The notes: generated from the sequence alone by a model not told the origin. Counted from the stretch's first letter, positions 13,456 through 25,897 are shown. The stretch is 64,000 bases of DNA from Lingula anatina (GCA_051362555.1 CM120641.1:3906001-3970000); one strand, 5' to 3'. Numbers and translations are program-made.

Positions 13456-15182
13456 GTCCTTCCTCTACTTTGTTAGTATTTATTTATTATATATTTTACA
13501 AGTATAATTAACATTAAAATTGAATCAAAATTGGTCACGTTTAAAACTTCAAATACTCCGTTGTTATTTCATTATATTTTATTGTAACTATATATGTCAT
13601 TCTTTATAGATGGTTTTTGTAATATAATTCTCACTCTTATTTTCATCCCATTGCTATTGTCGGCTGATTAATTTTACAGATGGTGAGTGAAGTCTTTGAA
13701 CTGCTTAAACGATAAAGCAATTAAGCTCTTAAATATTGTTCACTTTTTTGTTTATAGTTTGCTTAGTATACTCTCTCTAAACGCGTTAATGAAGAATACT
13801 TAAAATTTCAGATGCATAGATCAAGGAAGGGCCTATTTATTACCCTGCAAAGAATAATATGAAACTAATTTTTTGAAAATGGCAAATGCACCTATAAATT
13901 TTTGTTTAACACGGGTGATAGATAATCATTCAATGAAATTGTTAAACGAGATGATAAATATCGTACATTTAATACTCTTTTATTATTTCTTTTCATTGCA
14001 ATGTCTCACTGTGCGCAGCTGGAGGTAAGCTTTTTTTAATAAATACCCCTGAAATCTAGTGAATAAGCAGTAATTTTGTTTTCGGAGCCATATTTCTTAA
14101 GCTTACAGAGTTATCTCAGTCCAAAGGTTTTAAAAATTAGTTTTACACTACAAAGATGTTTCTCAATAATATAGAAAAAAATGTTATTTTGGTTATTGCT
14201 ATTTGATTTGTTATAGCTTCTTTCATGTATAATGATGTATATTACCTTTTCTTTTATTTCCTGCACGGTTCCATCCACTTGCTAATTTAGTTATTTGTAA
14301 GTATGTGTTCAATCGACATCGTAACCACTTTTTTCTCAAAGAATCCTTTGCTAAGTTTTAAAAGAATATTTACCTTTAAATAGTAATAACAAATTTAGTA
14401 ATCCCTTATATGTTCATTGTTACGATCATAACTATTTTTGCACAATTATTCTGAAAGATGTGCATAAATTTACCTCATTTCTTTTTTCTTTCATTTGCCG
14501 TTTACTCCTCCTTTAGGGTGTAAGTATTCCATTTCTTTCCCAGACTGAAAAATAAGCAATTAAAGTTATCTTTTTGGATATCGTGTACATTCTAGTTATG
14601 TACATAAAATAATTGACATCAAATAGTATAAACCTAAAATGTATCTTTAACTTTATTCAATATGTTATATATTCACCTCAATTGATATTAATAAGGATTA
14701 TATTTTATTTCCATGTTTGGTCCTTGCCCATTTGACACTGATCAACTTTCATTTAAACAGGGAGTAAGTATGGACATACAATATGTCTGACATCATTTGC
14801 ATTAAGCCTACGTTTATAATACAAAACGTTTTTTCTATAATGAAATTTATACTCCAGCTCAAATATTAATCACTAGAAAAAATCATATATTGCTTTTTTT
14901 GTCAGAAGCCTATATGACGTTCACTTTACTCGATAGATTGCAATTCACATTAACATCACCAGAAGTAAGCAATTTGAATAAACTGAAACTACAGCGATAT
15001 ATCTCCGATTTTTTAAGATGTCCCTCATGTTTTAATGTTCATATAATATATATATTTCACAGATGTGTGAAAGCTGTGGAAGGCTCGACATTCATAAGGG
15101 ATGCCTAACTGGATACCACATATCAAACGAAGACAGTGAAGACGACTACATAGAGCGACAGGGAGGGGTTGAGACATTTTGA
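11830..15182 (+). CDS. RING-finger (C3HC4) E3 ligase-like protein with TRAF-type zinc fingers, coiled coil, Ser/Arg-rich region and C-terminal CHORD/Btk-like Cys/His domain (RNF151/RNF41/PDZRN-like N terminus), ~389 aa
   Basis: Coding exon 11830-12855 (CGIC..CPHVFCLKC..CPVC; three C..C..H..C fingers; ends CLRCDKPF..N..ACSFHRG|gtaagt), micro-exons 13129-13131, 13680-13682, 14019-14024, 14291-14296, 14517-14519, 14761-14763, and terminal exon 15063-15182 (MCESCGRLDIHKGCLTGYH...ETF stop). All junctions are phase 0. Candidate AATAAA at 15635. Confidence 0.85.
13129..13131 (+). CDS. Micro-exon 1 (3 nt, CCG, Pro) of the RING gene
   Basis: Long pyrimidine tract...gaacAG|CCG|GTAAGT; about 85 nt free of AG upstream. 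Confidence 0.75.
13346..13454 (-). tRNA. tRNA-Phe(GAA) with 36-nt intron (13382-13417), antisense inside a RING-gene intron
   Basis: Minus strand reads GCCGCGATAGCTCAGTTGGGAGAGCGTCAGACTGAAG[TCGGCTTATGTAGCATAAGATAAGATATCACCAGTT]ATCTGAAGGTCGCTGGTTCAATCCCGGCTCGCGGCA. This gives a 73-nt mature tRNA with a fully paired acceptor stem and TTTT downstream. Confidence 0.95.
13680..13682 (+). CDS. Micro-exon 2 (3 nt, ATG, Met)
   Basis: ttttacAG|ATG|GTGAGT; about 70 nt AG-free upstream; the same signals are kept in the duplicate at 56070-56072. Confidence 0.75.
14019..14024 (+). CDS. Micro-exon 3 (6 nt, CTGGAG, Leu-Glu)
   Basis: ctgtgcgcAG|CTGGAG|GTAAGC; about 65 nt AG-free upstream; duplicate at 56408-56413. 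Confidence 0.75.
14291..14296 (+). CDS. Micro-exon 4 (6 nt, TTATTT, Leu-Phe)
   Basis: ttgctaatttAG|TTATTT|GTAAGT; about 70 nt AG-free upstream; duplicate at 56687-56692. Confidence 0.72.
14517..14519 (+). CDS. Micro-exon 5 (3 nt, GGT, Gly)
   Basis: ctcctcctttAG|GGT|GTAAGT; about 55 nt AG-free pyrimidine tract. Confidence 0.75.
14761..14763 (+). CDS. Micro-exon 6 (3 nt, GGA, Gly)
   Basis: catttaaacAG|GGA|GTAAGT; about 60 nt AG-free upstream. Confidence 0.75.
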
Positions 15183-16860
15183 TTTTTGATGGAAGTCAGA
15201 AATTTACAATTGGATTTCTCGGAGGACAATTTTTAAATGTTCTTGGGCATTTTGGGCTCTGAATTGACTCTGTGCATCGCTAAGAAAGATAGAATAACCT
15301 TCCAATACCTCAAAGTCTGATACCTCGAGAAATTGTGCCATTACAAGGAAAACTGATAAGAAACAGTATCGCAGACAGCATTCTGTATACATTAAAGACG
15401 AAATAGTATCATGCATCTAGTTTTAAATAGAATCATGCATCTTTAATTTTCTCCACAGAGTAATACTGGAGGAAGTTGTGAGAGAGGGACAATGTAACCC
15501 GTGTCGATGATACAAATGTTGATTTGTTCAAGAAAAACAATGGTAGAACAGTAAACCAAGTGTTCTTATGTGCATGTTGATCACAGCAGCATCATTAATC
15601 TGCACAGAAGTGAAAAAGATTACACAGCTTTGCCAATAAACAAACATAAAGGTAACTGATAGACAAATGTATGAGGGTTTTGGCTTAGCAAAAAAATATG
15701 CCAAGACCTGCATGTTTTTCAATGTTAAAAAGGTCATTTTAAAATGGCTTCTATACCAGATGATTTATGCTTCTATACCAGATGATTTAGTTCAATGAAT
15801 ACATCATTTTACAAGCAAGTTTGTAATAAAAAATATCATAATGCCTCCAACCTGTCTTGTTCTTTTCAAAGAACTTCAATGCCCACAGAAACATTTACGA
15901 TCGTACTATTTCATTAAGTTTTAAAAGATCTTGATGATTGTAGTCTTGATTTTCAACACATCTAAGTTCAGTTTTCAGTATATTATCATGATCTATAGAC
16001 TTAAAAATTTGTAAAAATGTTTCTCCTTTCAAGAAGATTGGGAACCAATATTTGTCATCTGGTCATACATGTATGTTATTGATTAGGATACTGTGAATAT
16101 TGTGCCAGTGGGGCCTCATTTCTGAATAAGAAAAAAGAGTGAGGTCAGCCTCATATATAATCAAGGTTTAAAAAGGCAATGGCATTCAGGAAGTCGTACT
16201 TACCGTTACTTGGTAATATGTAAAATTGCTTACATTATAACTTAAAAAACCGATAAGATAGTATAGTCTTTCAAAGGAGTTAGTAAAAGTTTCGATTTAT
16301 TTAGTTGTATTAAACTAAGATAAATGGAATTGACTCTCACGTTGGACCTTAAACTTTGATACGTTTCAGCCTTATCACAAGGTCCTCTGCAAATTTAAAT
16401 GGCCCTCACCGAGTCACCCAAGTAGCCAGACACACAGTCGCTAACAACACCCTGTACTGTACTATTCATTGAGGCGCGACGATATCTTGTGTCGGTAGAT
16501 AAGTGAGTTCATCAGAAAAAGGTGATAAAAATTTTAAAAGACTTAAGTCATATTTCTTGCCCTTAGAGCTGGCTGGGGTGACGTTTATATGTCTGTTAAA
16601 ATGTCACAATTTATTAAATACAAATGTTGTAAATTAATGTGATCTGACGCTAAATCCCAAGCTACTTTGGAAGTGAAGAATTTGAATAAAATGTAAACCT
16701 CTGATAAATCAAGATCAGATAGAAATGATCAGAATTCCATAACCTTGCATAGTAGTACGTGGAATTGATGGCATTTGAATGTTATTGCGTCCGGATGCAT
16801 ATATTTAACATTACGATGTCAGTTTGATGCAATTGCTCGGTCATCTAGCGTAGGACTTAA

Positions 16861-17176
16861 AGGGATAATAACCCTTCGTATGAGATCTATATTTCACAAT
16901 AAAAACATTGTGAATAACCCATAGAAATTTAATATATTCTGTTTTACCACAAAAAACGGCAGTTATGGCTATTTTTCTGATATCTGAGCTTGCCTTCAGA
17001 CCACCTGACCTCCATTGATGGGCTTGGCTATACAAAAAACCAAACTTTTTAGAAAGAAAACCAGGGACTAACTTTGAATGTAAAAATGGATTCATTAACC
17101 ATTGGTAAGTATGGGAAAATTGTTGTTTACTCCAGGAAAATTCATTTTTTGGCCAAAACAAGGAGTTATTATCCCT
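16861..17176. mobile_element. 316-bp MITE with TTAA target duplication and AGG termini (Kolobok-like)
   Basis: TTAA|AGGGATAATAAC...GTTATTATCCCT|TTAA with perfect 12-bp TIRs. Paralogous copies 2-5 show the empty site gcgtaggacTTAAgcag. Confidence 0.88.
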
Positions 17177-17378
17177 TTAAGAAGTATTTTCGAATAAATG
17201 TGCGTCACGCAAATGCTGAAACATTGGCATTTGTCATTTGTCGCATCACTCAAGCCGTCTATTTTTGTCTGCAGGATATAAAAACCGTTTCAATCAGCTA
17301 CGACTGTCATTTGATTTGCAGCCTACTGTGTACGAACATCTTTGTTAACAGAAGGTATCGGCTCAAGTCCTACACAAA

Positions 17379-20300
17379 ATGTCTGCGTTGCCTCTACTCT
17401 TTCTCTTGGTATTGGGATCAATCTGTTGTAGTCAACATCCCATACTGAATGTTCTTCAGAACGGCATATTTGCAGATACAATAGCTTCTTCCAACAGATT
17501 TTTACAAAATCGAGTGAGCTCCAGTCCGAATTTGTGTAGCCCTGCGGGAAGTCCAAAAGACTGTTTAGGGGAGAAGAAGTCACTCAGAAAAGCAACTCAA
17601 ACTATACCAAAACGTTCGTTTTCCAGACCACGTAGAAAGGCAATTGGAATCGGAAAAACAACATTCAACAGTAGTGAACTCACGGGAAGAATGAATTTGC
17701 AGCAAAACAACACAGAATCGAGTCCAATTCCAATTTCCGAAACATTTCAAGCCACGCCTAACACCAGCTCCATGGACGATTCCTCCGAAATTACGCCTTT
17801 TTCGTGGATTTGGAGTGGATCGCAGTTGGTTTTCCCTACCAATGAAAACTTTTGTTTTGTAAAGAACGGGTTGATTTCACAGCAACACATAACGTGTTAC
17901 TGTGACGCATTCTGTAATCTGTTTCACGATTGCTGTCTGCCGTATCTATCTTGCAACGAAATCTCCAGTGCGACGACGACCACAGCATTCAATATTACAG
18001 CAAGCCAAGTTGAATGCAGATCCCAGGGTTCGAAATTGAACCAGTTTAATAGGTCAGACTTTACCCGTAGAAATCCTGGTTACCGGTTTTTCTGGATGGT
18101 CTCATCTTGTTCGAGTAGAACACACAGCTCAACTCTCCGTCAAAAATGCGAGTTTTCTGGGCTCACAACTGACCTTGACCTTTTAAGTCCTGTGTCAGAC
18201 CCAGTAACACAACTTACTTTTAAAAACAAATTCTGTGCTGCTTGTAACGATGTAGTTGACACTTCAGTATGGGAGACGACATTCAAATGTGCATATTCAA
18301 CTAGCACCTACGAGTTAAGTGTCAACGTTACGTCATTACAAGATCTTGTTGAACGCATCGATTTAAAGAGCGACTGCTCGCTTTATTTTAAGCCACCGAA
18401 AGAAATTCCAGGAAGACCGTGTGCCCCTATTGGTTATCGCCACTACAATGGACTTTTATGGTATAACGCATGTGGTCCGGAAAACATTTTCCTTGAGGAA
18501 AGATGCAAAAATGCTCCATTTACATTGCTACAATATGTTACAGCTGGCAGAGACCTCATTTACAGCAGAAACGTTTTCTGCTGGTTGTGTCGCCTATACG
18601 AGTTCCCAGAAAGGTTCACAGATTGTTCAGAGCTGAGTAAGTCATTCATTAATTCAATTAAATCTCATTCACTAAATGTATTTTAAATCGCTCGACTTTC
18701 TTTCCATTGATCATTTGATGATGAACACTTCGCAATCTGGTATCAACGGCTGACAAGAAGTCAGTCCTTTATTTTTGTTAATTTGGATAAAACAAACTAT
18801 GTCTTTTGGTAAGTTGAGACGTTAACCCCCCTCCCCCCCCTACACACACACACATTTTGAGAAACTGCTCAAAAGTCTGCCACTTAATTTGCCCACGTGT
18901 GAGTTTGCGCTTGGCTTTAAAAGATTTATCGGCAACTTCATGGGATTTACCCGTCAAAATGGATCTATCCGGGGAAGTAAGCAATTTTCGTATACTCACG
19001 AATCGTTTTTTCTATCCCTCTCTAAACCTGGATTCGACCTTCAATTGAATTTGTAAAGGATGGCTTAGTTTAAAATGACTAGGCAGTCATTACAACCAGC
19101 AACCATCTTCCTAATCTCCGATGGAAATATGGACATCAGGTACGCTTCAGAAAATAAAATCATTATTTTAGGGGTTTTGGAAGTGAATGTAGATTTTTAT
19201 GAGAATCTGTTGATGGCAAAAATAAGTATTTGGAAGATTTCAAACCCGTGAGGTGTACCTTAAACATTCTGTTAAGCTTAAAGTCTGGCGCAAACTCATA
19301 TACGTGTGTGTCGAGGATTTATTAGAAATATGTGAAATTTCGAAAGTATTCATTGTTTCCTTATAGCCACAATTTTAAATGCGTTTTCTTATTGACAAAC
19401 CCTTCAGGTGACATAAGAGTTAAAGCCAACCGCGAGTATGATCCTGTCGGGTTTGGAGCAGTAATTGATATGTCACACGAAAAGGGCTGGTGTAAACCTC
19501 AGACAGGCACAGTAAGTATCTGATCATCACAATTGACATTGCACTTACCGCTGTCTTTTCTTAATTAAGCCTCTTTTTTATGACAGCGGTTATTTTTAGG
19601 ACAATAATATCTCAAATGGGCCATGTGACGCCCCATGCATACATTGTCTTGAGTAATATCTGGACCCCAATTTAACCCAAATTGTTATTATTTGCTATTT
19701 CCGCCCAATATTTTATTCAAAAATGTATACTTCAAACTCAGTTATTTAATTGTACTATATCAGTGGTAAAATGATTATTAACAGTCCGTTAATACTTGCC
19801 TTCCCCTTTTCATCAAATTATAATAAAACAAACGATGCCTATGAACATAATTCAGAAGAAAAAATATAACAATAATTAGAAAACACCCAGAGAGTATATT
19901 ATTAAAATATATAATAATATAATGTATACGATATATTATTAAAATATATAATGTAAAGGAAAAGTCTGAGGCAAAATATCAACCATATAATTGCATCAGA
20001 TTGTTTTTGATTATTTATACTAATCTCGCTGAAACTGAGCTGATTAAAAACCTACTGCTCAATAAATAAAATAAGGAAACGAACAACACTATTTATCCGC
20101 GTTCTGATGCTCAACGAAAGTACGGTAAATAAATAAGAGCACAATAAATTCTCTCGTGCTTTCGACCATTCACGAAGCTCAAGAGATAAAGTAACATGGC
20201 CAGAGAATTTAGCTCACAAGTGAGTCTCAATTTTCGACTTTAATTTGTATGTAAACATCGATTTCGACTTGATTTGTAAGTATATATTTGACATAATAGC

Positions 20301-21884
20301 GTTTACGGACCACAGCCAGGTTCCATAAAAGGTATTAGCGCGTATAATGGTCGAATTTTCTTTGCAAAGGCGAAGTCGTGGGAAGAAACTAGGCCTATAG
20401 TTTTGATTCCTCACCTCACCCGTTACATTTTGTCAACATTTCTTGAGCTGTTACCAACGGCCCACCTCACTGTCAAGTTATTTGATAGATGCCCCGTCTG
20501 GCCACTCAGGAATATTTACAACGTACATAATTTAAACATATCCCATTTACAGTATGCCCACCACTGCAGCACAATCAATGACAGGGTGACCTGTATTCGG
20601 TTTGCCAATAACGGTGGAGGCGTATATGTGACAGGACGGATAGAGATGATAGACGCAAACGAAGTCTTTACTGTTAAAATATGTATAAATGGTATTCCGG
20701 ATCACCACCAAACTCGAATCATTTGTTCCTTGGCCCATTTCTGACTTGCTCTGATCATTTCATCAACTTTTTGCATAATGTTACTAAAAGACAAACAAAG
20801 CCAAAAAACAAACACTAACTTATTAACTAACAGACTTATTAACTAACTTACTACCGGAGCCAGAAACAGAACCTTCTTAGCAGATTTAATTATCTAGTAC
20901 ATTTTAATATCATATAGGGGCGGATCCATGATTAATTGAAGGGGGTGGGGGATGTTTTTTTTTTAGGATTTTTTTTTCAGCGGGCCCCTTGGCTGAAGGG
21001 CCCGGAAATTTGTAGTGTTTTTGAGAGCGAACGGTGCCATTTGGTACGGTTTAGAACTATGATTCAGCTAATCAAAAATATATTTTCAAGTTTATATGTG
21101 TGATTTTTTCTTTAATTGAAGGAGGGTCAGACCCCCCCCTGACACCCCACCTAAATCGGTTACTGTTATATGTAAACATTTTTGGCTGTCTTATATTAAA
21201 AAGACTTAGTAGTAATTTAAATTTAGTTCTATGTTGTCAATATTTATACTAGTATTTATATTGTTTATATCATTTCAGGCACAGTGCTTTGCCTCAAAAA
21301 CTATGGAACAAGACCAGTGTTTTTCGCCTGTAGTTGGTGTCTTTAATGGTTATTACGACTTGAAGCTATTGATTGCCCCCCAAAATGAACCGAACGTTTC
21401 AAGGGATCATACCGACTGGACTGACTGTAAATCAATCGGGTACGATATATTTTCGTATCAATTTTACTTATCCATACGGGATGAATGGGAATTTTTGAAA
21501 GGGAAGATAACATGTACTGCTATGACAGTTGATGTGAACGACACGAGTGGCAAGACCTTCGCGAGAGCAGCATATGTCTACAATATCCCAGTGGCTTTAA
21601 AAAGAAAAATCAACAGTTTCATTGATGGCATTCCTTTCTTTGAACATTTGCAAGGCGCGGTTGCCAAGTACCTACAATGGAATAGTATTGTTATCCATAA
21701 CGGGGTTGATTACAAAGTAAGCCTCATCCGGGAAGAGCCGAAACTTTGTGAAGACGTAGAACGTGAGACAAGGGTTAATACGGTGCCGACACATTCCCAT
21801 GGGACTGACCGGCATGTCCCTCATTTTGTTGTATTACTGTGCTCCATTGGAGCTGGTATGTTTTCAATACTCAACGAGTTTTGA
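17379..21884 (+). CDS. Array copy 1: secreted somatomedin-B-like Cys-rich protein, predicted GPI anchor, 655 aa
   Basis: Exons 17379-18636, 19408-19511, 21279-21884 (phases 1, 0). Signal peptide MSALPLLFLLVLGSICCS, RPRRK site, CYCDAFCNLFHDCC, two C..C..(K/R)NxFCxxC modules, C-terminal small residues plus hydrophobic tail. Confidence 0.88.
20915..21166. mobile_element. Decayed TIR element (GGCGGATCC..GGATCCGCC family) in intron 2 of copy 1
   Basis: Homologous to the better preserved element at 61585-61844; only the right part survives in copies 2-5. Confidence 0.6.
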
Positions 21885-22572
21885 ATCAAATCCTTATTCT
21901 ATAATAATTCGTCAAAAATGTAAATCCAAAAGTGGGACAATAAGCAGTACATTCCCAAGTGGAAGTATCCAGCTACACTCGAACGGCACATGCGTAAGTC
22001 AGACAGTAATAGACAGTTACAGACAGTAAAAGTAAGAGAGAGAGCTCTAATATACGCTTATTTGTTTACATCATCAAACTTTGTTAAGGTATGGACGCTT
22101 ATAGTAGTTTTTTTTCTGATTTCCATGATCTAGAAGATTCTATAAACATCTTCAATACAATTGGCTAAATAAATTTCACCATATCGAATTCTAGAACGTT
22201 CTTGAAAATCTCTTTGATCATCACAACAGCCGCCCAGGTGTACTTTCTGTACATTCCCTAAAACTCATCACAAAAAAAAAAAGAAAAAAAATATCCCCTA
22301 AAACTCATGTCAAAAGCCAATTTTCTCAGTTAGGTATTTTTAGTTATAAATGATAGAAGTGCACTTTTAAAATGAAAATAATTCCAACTCTGGCAATTAC
22401 CAGTATGAAGCATTTAGTTTCAGTACTAGTTAAACCAGTAGTGATCAGAAAGGGAGATCACAAGATAGGGCCCAAACAAAAGGAAAAGAAATGGTGGATG
22501 ATCTGAAATGACATGTGATATTTGAATTTAATTTGAATAAATGAATGAAGCCACAAGAAAAATTTCATGTTG

Positions 22573-23417
22573 TATGATTCGCTCCTGCGAGAAAATTTTT
22601 GTTTTTGATCTTAGAAATTACTAAGGATGATTATACCACTTGCAGAGGGTCATGCATCTGATTCGACAGTTATCATGAACAGAAGTCAGTTACAACTACG
22701 TCTCGATAAATACACTCTTTTATATCGCATACATGGAGGACTCGTGTCGTAAATAGCACAAAATGGCCTCGTAAAGCTTCGCGACGGGGCGCTGTCCTGT
22801 TCGTATAATTTGGTACCATTTTTAGATGTCCCATCAGGATTTAATAACTTCCTGAACATATTATAGTTTCCTTCCGACCCCAGACATCAGTCAAACAGTC
22901 CCCGTTTGCACAAGGCGTGACGTAAATGACAAAAAGTCGCTTTAAGCAGATACCTCACCACCCTACCTAGAGCATTGTAAAGACAGAAGTGGACAATGCC
23001 GCCCAGATGTACTTTCTGTTATCTATGATTCGCTCCTGCGAGAAAAATTTTGATCTTAGAAATTACTAAGAATGATTATACCACTTAGAGAAAGTCATGC
23101 CTCTGATTCGCCAGTTGTCATGAACAAGTTAAAACTGCGCCTCGGTAATCACACTCTTTACTCATGTCGTAAATAGCACCAAATGGCCTTGTAAAGCTTC
23201 GCGTCGGAGCGCCGTCCTGTTTCGTATGATTTGGTACAAATTTTAGAAGTCCCATCAGAAATTAACAACTTCCTGGACATATTATAGTTTCCCTCCGACC
23301 CTAGGCATCAGTCAAACAGTCCCCGTTTGCACAAGGCGTGACGTGAATGACAAAAAGTCGCTTTAAGCAGATACCTAACCACCCTACCTAGAGCATTGTA
23401 TAGACAGAAGTGGACAA
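22573..23417 (+). repeat. Diverged local tandem duplication (~400 bp x2) downstream of copy 1
   Basis: 22573-22996 and 23024-23417 both run tatgattcgctcctgcgag...gacagaagtggacaa; the other spacers carry one copy. Confidence 0.85.
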
Positions 23418-23434
23418 GGCTGTAAGCTAAAAAT

Positions 23435-23493
23435 ATCCTGTCGGATTTGAAGCGTTAATTGATGTGTCGCACGAAAGGCACAGTAAGTATCTG
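23435..23493 (+). pseudogene. Relic of array exon 2 in the intergenic spacer (also 30428-30487, 38516-38575, 46607-46666)
   Basis: atcctgtcggatttgaagcgttaattgatgtgtcgcacgaaaggcacagtaagtatctg aligns with exon 2 plus its donor, with an internal deletion and no acceptor. Confidence 0.8.
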
Positions 23494-24503
23494 TCCAAAT
23501 TATTATTAAAACATTTGTGTGCAAGGCTTAATACATTTGGAGAAACATCTTTTTTACGCGGTCCAAGTTGGTTCTTTACGCATGTATCGGCGACAGACCG
23601 GAATGTGTGTGTGAGGGTGTGGTGGGGGTGGGGGGAGGTCTACCCACCTGTTTGTAAATTAGCCTATCACTTTAACAGTGATCTCCGTAAATTGGTCACA
23701 CTTGGTGGTAGTTGGTGGTGTAAATTTTAAATTTTACAACGACACATTTCGCATCACTTTTTATGCCCACACTAGCCAACAAGATGATGCATTGCGTGAT
23801 TCATCCCGTGGAAAACAGGTAAAGACACATCACGATGTTAGAAAACACTGTGCGTGTAAAACAAGGTGGCAGCTGTTATAACGTCTCTTGGGGCAAGACC
23901 TTTCTCGTCTTTGCAGTATAATTGATATGTAATAATGAGGAGTGTCAGGCAATTATAGTTGTAGTATGTCATTTTATGTCGAACTAGAAAGGAACAATTT
24001 CCTATCAATTATTTATTCATTAACTAATCACTGATATATTCTAATAATTAATAAATTAAGCAAATAATTAATATTTAAAAAGCTAAATCAGTCATTTATT
24101 AACTTACCAACTAATCACTATCAAAATCACACCCAATTATAAACCTCAGATATATAAATTAAAATAGAAATGACAAATTCCATAACCGTGCATGACAAGG
24201 TTTTGGTGTTTGTTACGACGAAAAGGACATTTGAATGTTATTGCGTTAGGATGCATTCCAACATGACGACGTTTGAAGCGTTGCTCGGTCACCTAGCGTA
24301 GGACTTAAGCAGTAAAATGTGCATCACGCAAATGCTGAAACATTGGCATTTGCCAATACGATGCCCATCACTCAAGCCATCTATTTTTGTCTGCAGTATA
24401 TAAGAGCCATTGCAATCAGCTACGGCTGTCATTTGATTTGCAGCTTACTGTCCAAGAACTTCTTCTTTGTTAACAGACGGTATCGGCTCAAGTCCTACAC
24501 AAA

Positions 24504-25866
24504 ATGTCTGCGTTGCCTCTACTTTTCCTCTTGGTATTGGGATCAATCTGTTGTAGTCAACATCCCATACTGGATGTTCTTCAGAACGGCATATTTGCAG
24601 ATACAATAATTTCATCCAACCGATTTTTACAAAATCGAGTGAGCTACAGTCCGACTTTGTCAACCCTCGGTGGAAGTATGGGTACAAAAGACCGTTTACG
24701 GGAAAATAACTCGCTCAAAAAACCAACTCAAACTATACCAACACGTTCGTTTTCCAGACCACGTAGAAAGGCAATAGGAGTCGGATTAACAGCATTCAAC
24801 AGTAGTGAACTCACGGGAAGAATGAATTTGCAGCAAAACAACACAGAATCAAGTTCAATTCCAATTCCCGAAACATTTCAAGCCACGCCTAACACCAGCT
24901 CCTTGGACGATTCCTCCGAAATTAAGCCTTTTCCGTGGATTTGGAGTGGATCGCAGTTGGTATTGCCTGCGAATGAAAACTTTTGTTTTGCAAAGAACGG
25001 GGTGATTTCACAGCAACACATAACGTGTTACTGTGACGTTTTCTGTAATCTGTTTCACGATTGCTGTCTGCCGTATCTATCTTGCAACGAAATCCCCACT
25101 GCTACGACGACCACAGCATTAAATATTACAGCAAACCAACTTGAATGCAGATCTCAGGGCTCAAAATTGAACCAGTTTAATAGGTCAGACTTTACCCGTA
25201 GAAATCCTGGTTACCGGTTTTTCTGGATGGTCTCATCTTGCTCGAGTAGAACACACAGTTCAGCTCTCCGTCAAAAATGCGAGTTTTCTGGGCTCACAAC
25301 TGACCTTGACCTTCTCAGTCCAGTTTCAGACCCAGTAACAAAACTTACATTTAAAAACAAATTCTGTGCTATTTGTAACGATGTAGTTAACACATCAATA
25401 TGGGAGACGATGTTTAAGTGTGCATATACAACTAGCTCCTACGAGTTAAGTGTCAACGTTACGTCAATACAAGATCTTGTTGAACGCATCGATATAAAGA
25501 GCGACTGCTCGCTTTTTTTTAAGCCACCGAAAGAAATTCCAGGAAGACCGTGTGCCCTTAATGGTGATCGCCACTACAATGGACTTCGTTGGTTTCACAC
25601 GTGTGGCCCAAAAAACAGTTTCCTTCAGGAACGGTGTACAAATGCTCCATTTACACTTGTACAAACTATAGCTGGCAGAGACCTAATTTACAGCAGAAAC
25701 GTTTTCTGCTGGCTGTGTCGCCAACACCAGTTACCAGACAGGTTCACAGATTGTTCAGAAATGGGTAAGTCATTTTTCAATTAATTAATGATGTTGGCTA
25801 GTGAAATGTATTTTAAATCGCTCGACTTTCATTCCATTGAACATTTAGAGATTTTAATATTTTTAC

Positions 25867-25897
<31 letters not shown>

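Noticed and set aside
13610-13612. Possible micro-exon tag|atg|gttttt
   Set aside because: The donor is far from consensus and is not kept in the duplicate.
17379-18686. 426-438 aa ORFs as complete single-exon genes
   Set aside because: All six have a conserved GTAAG donor shortly before variable stops, and they splice in frame to a conserved 104-nt exon.
21231-21278. 215-218 aa ORFs (MLSIFILVFILFISFQAQC...) as separate secreted-protein genes
   Set aside because: The apparent signal peptide is the translated pyrimidine tract before a conserved ttcag acceptor. Only copy 1 has an ATG (the others have TTG), and the frame joins exon 2 in phase, so these ORFs are exon 3.
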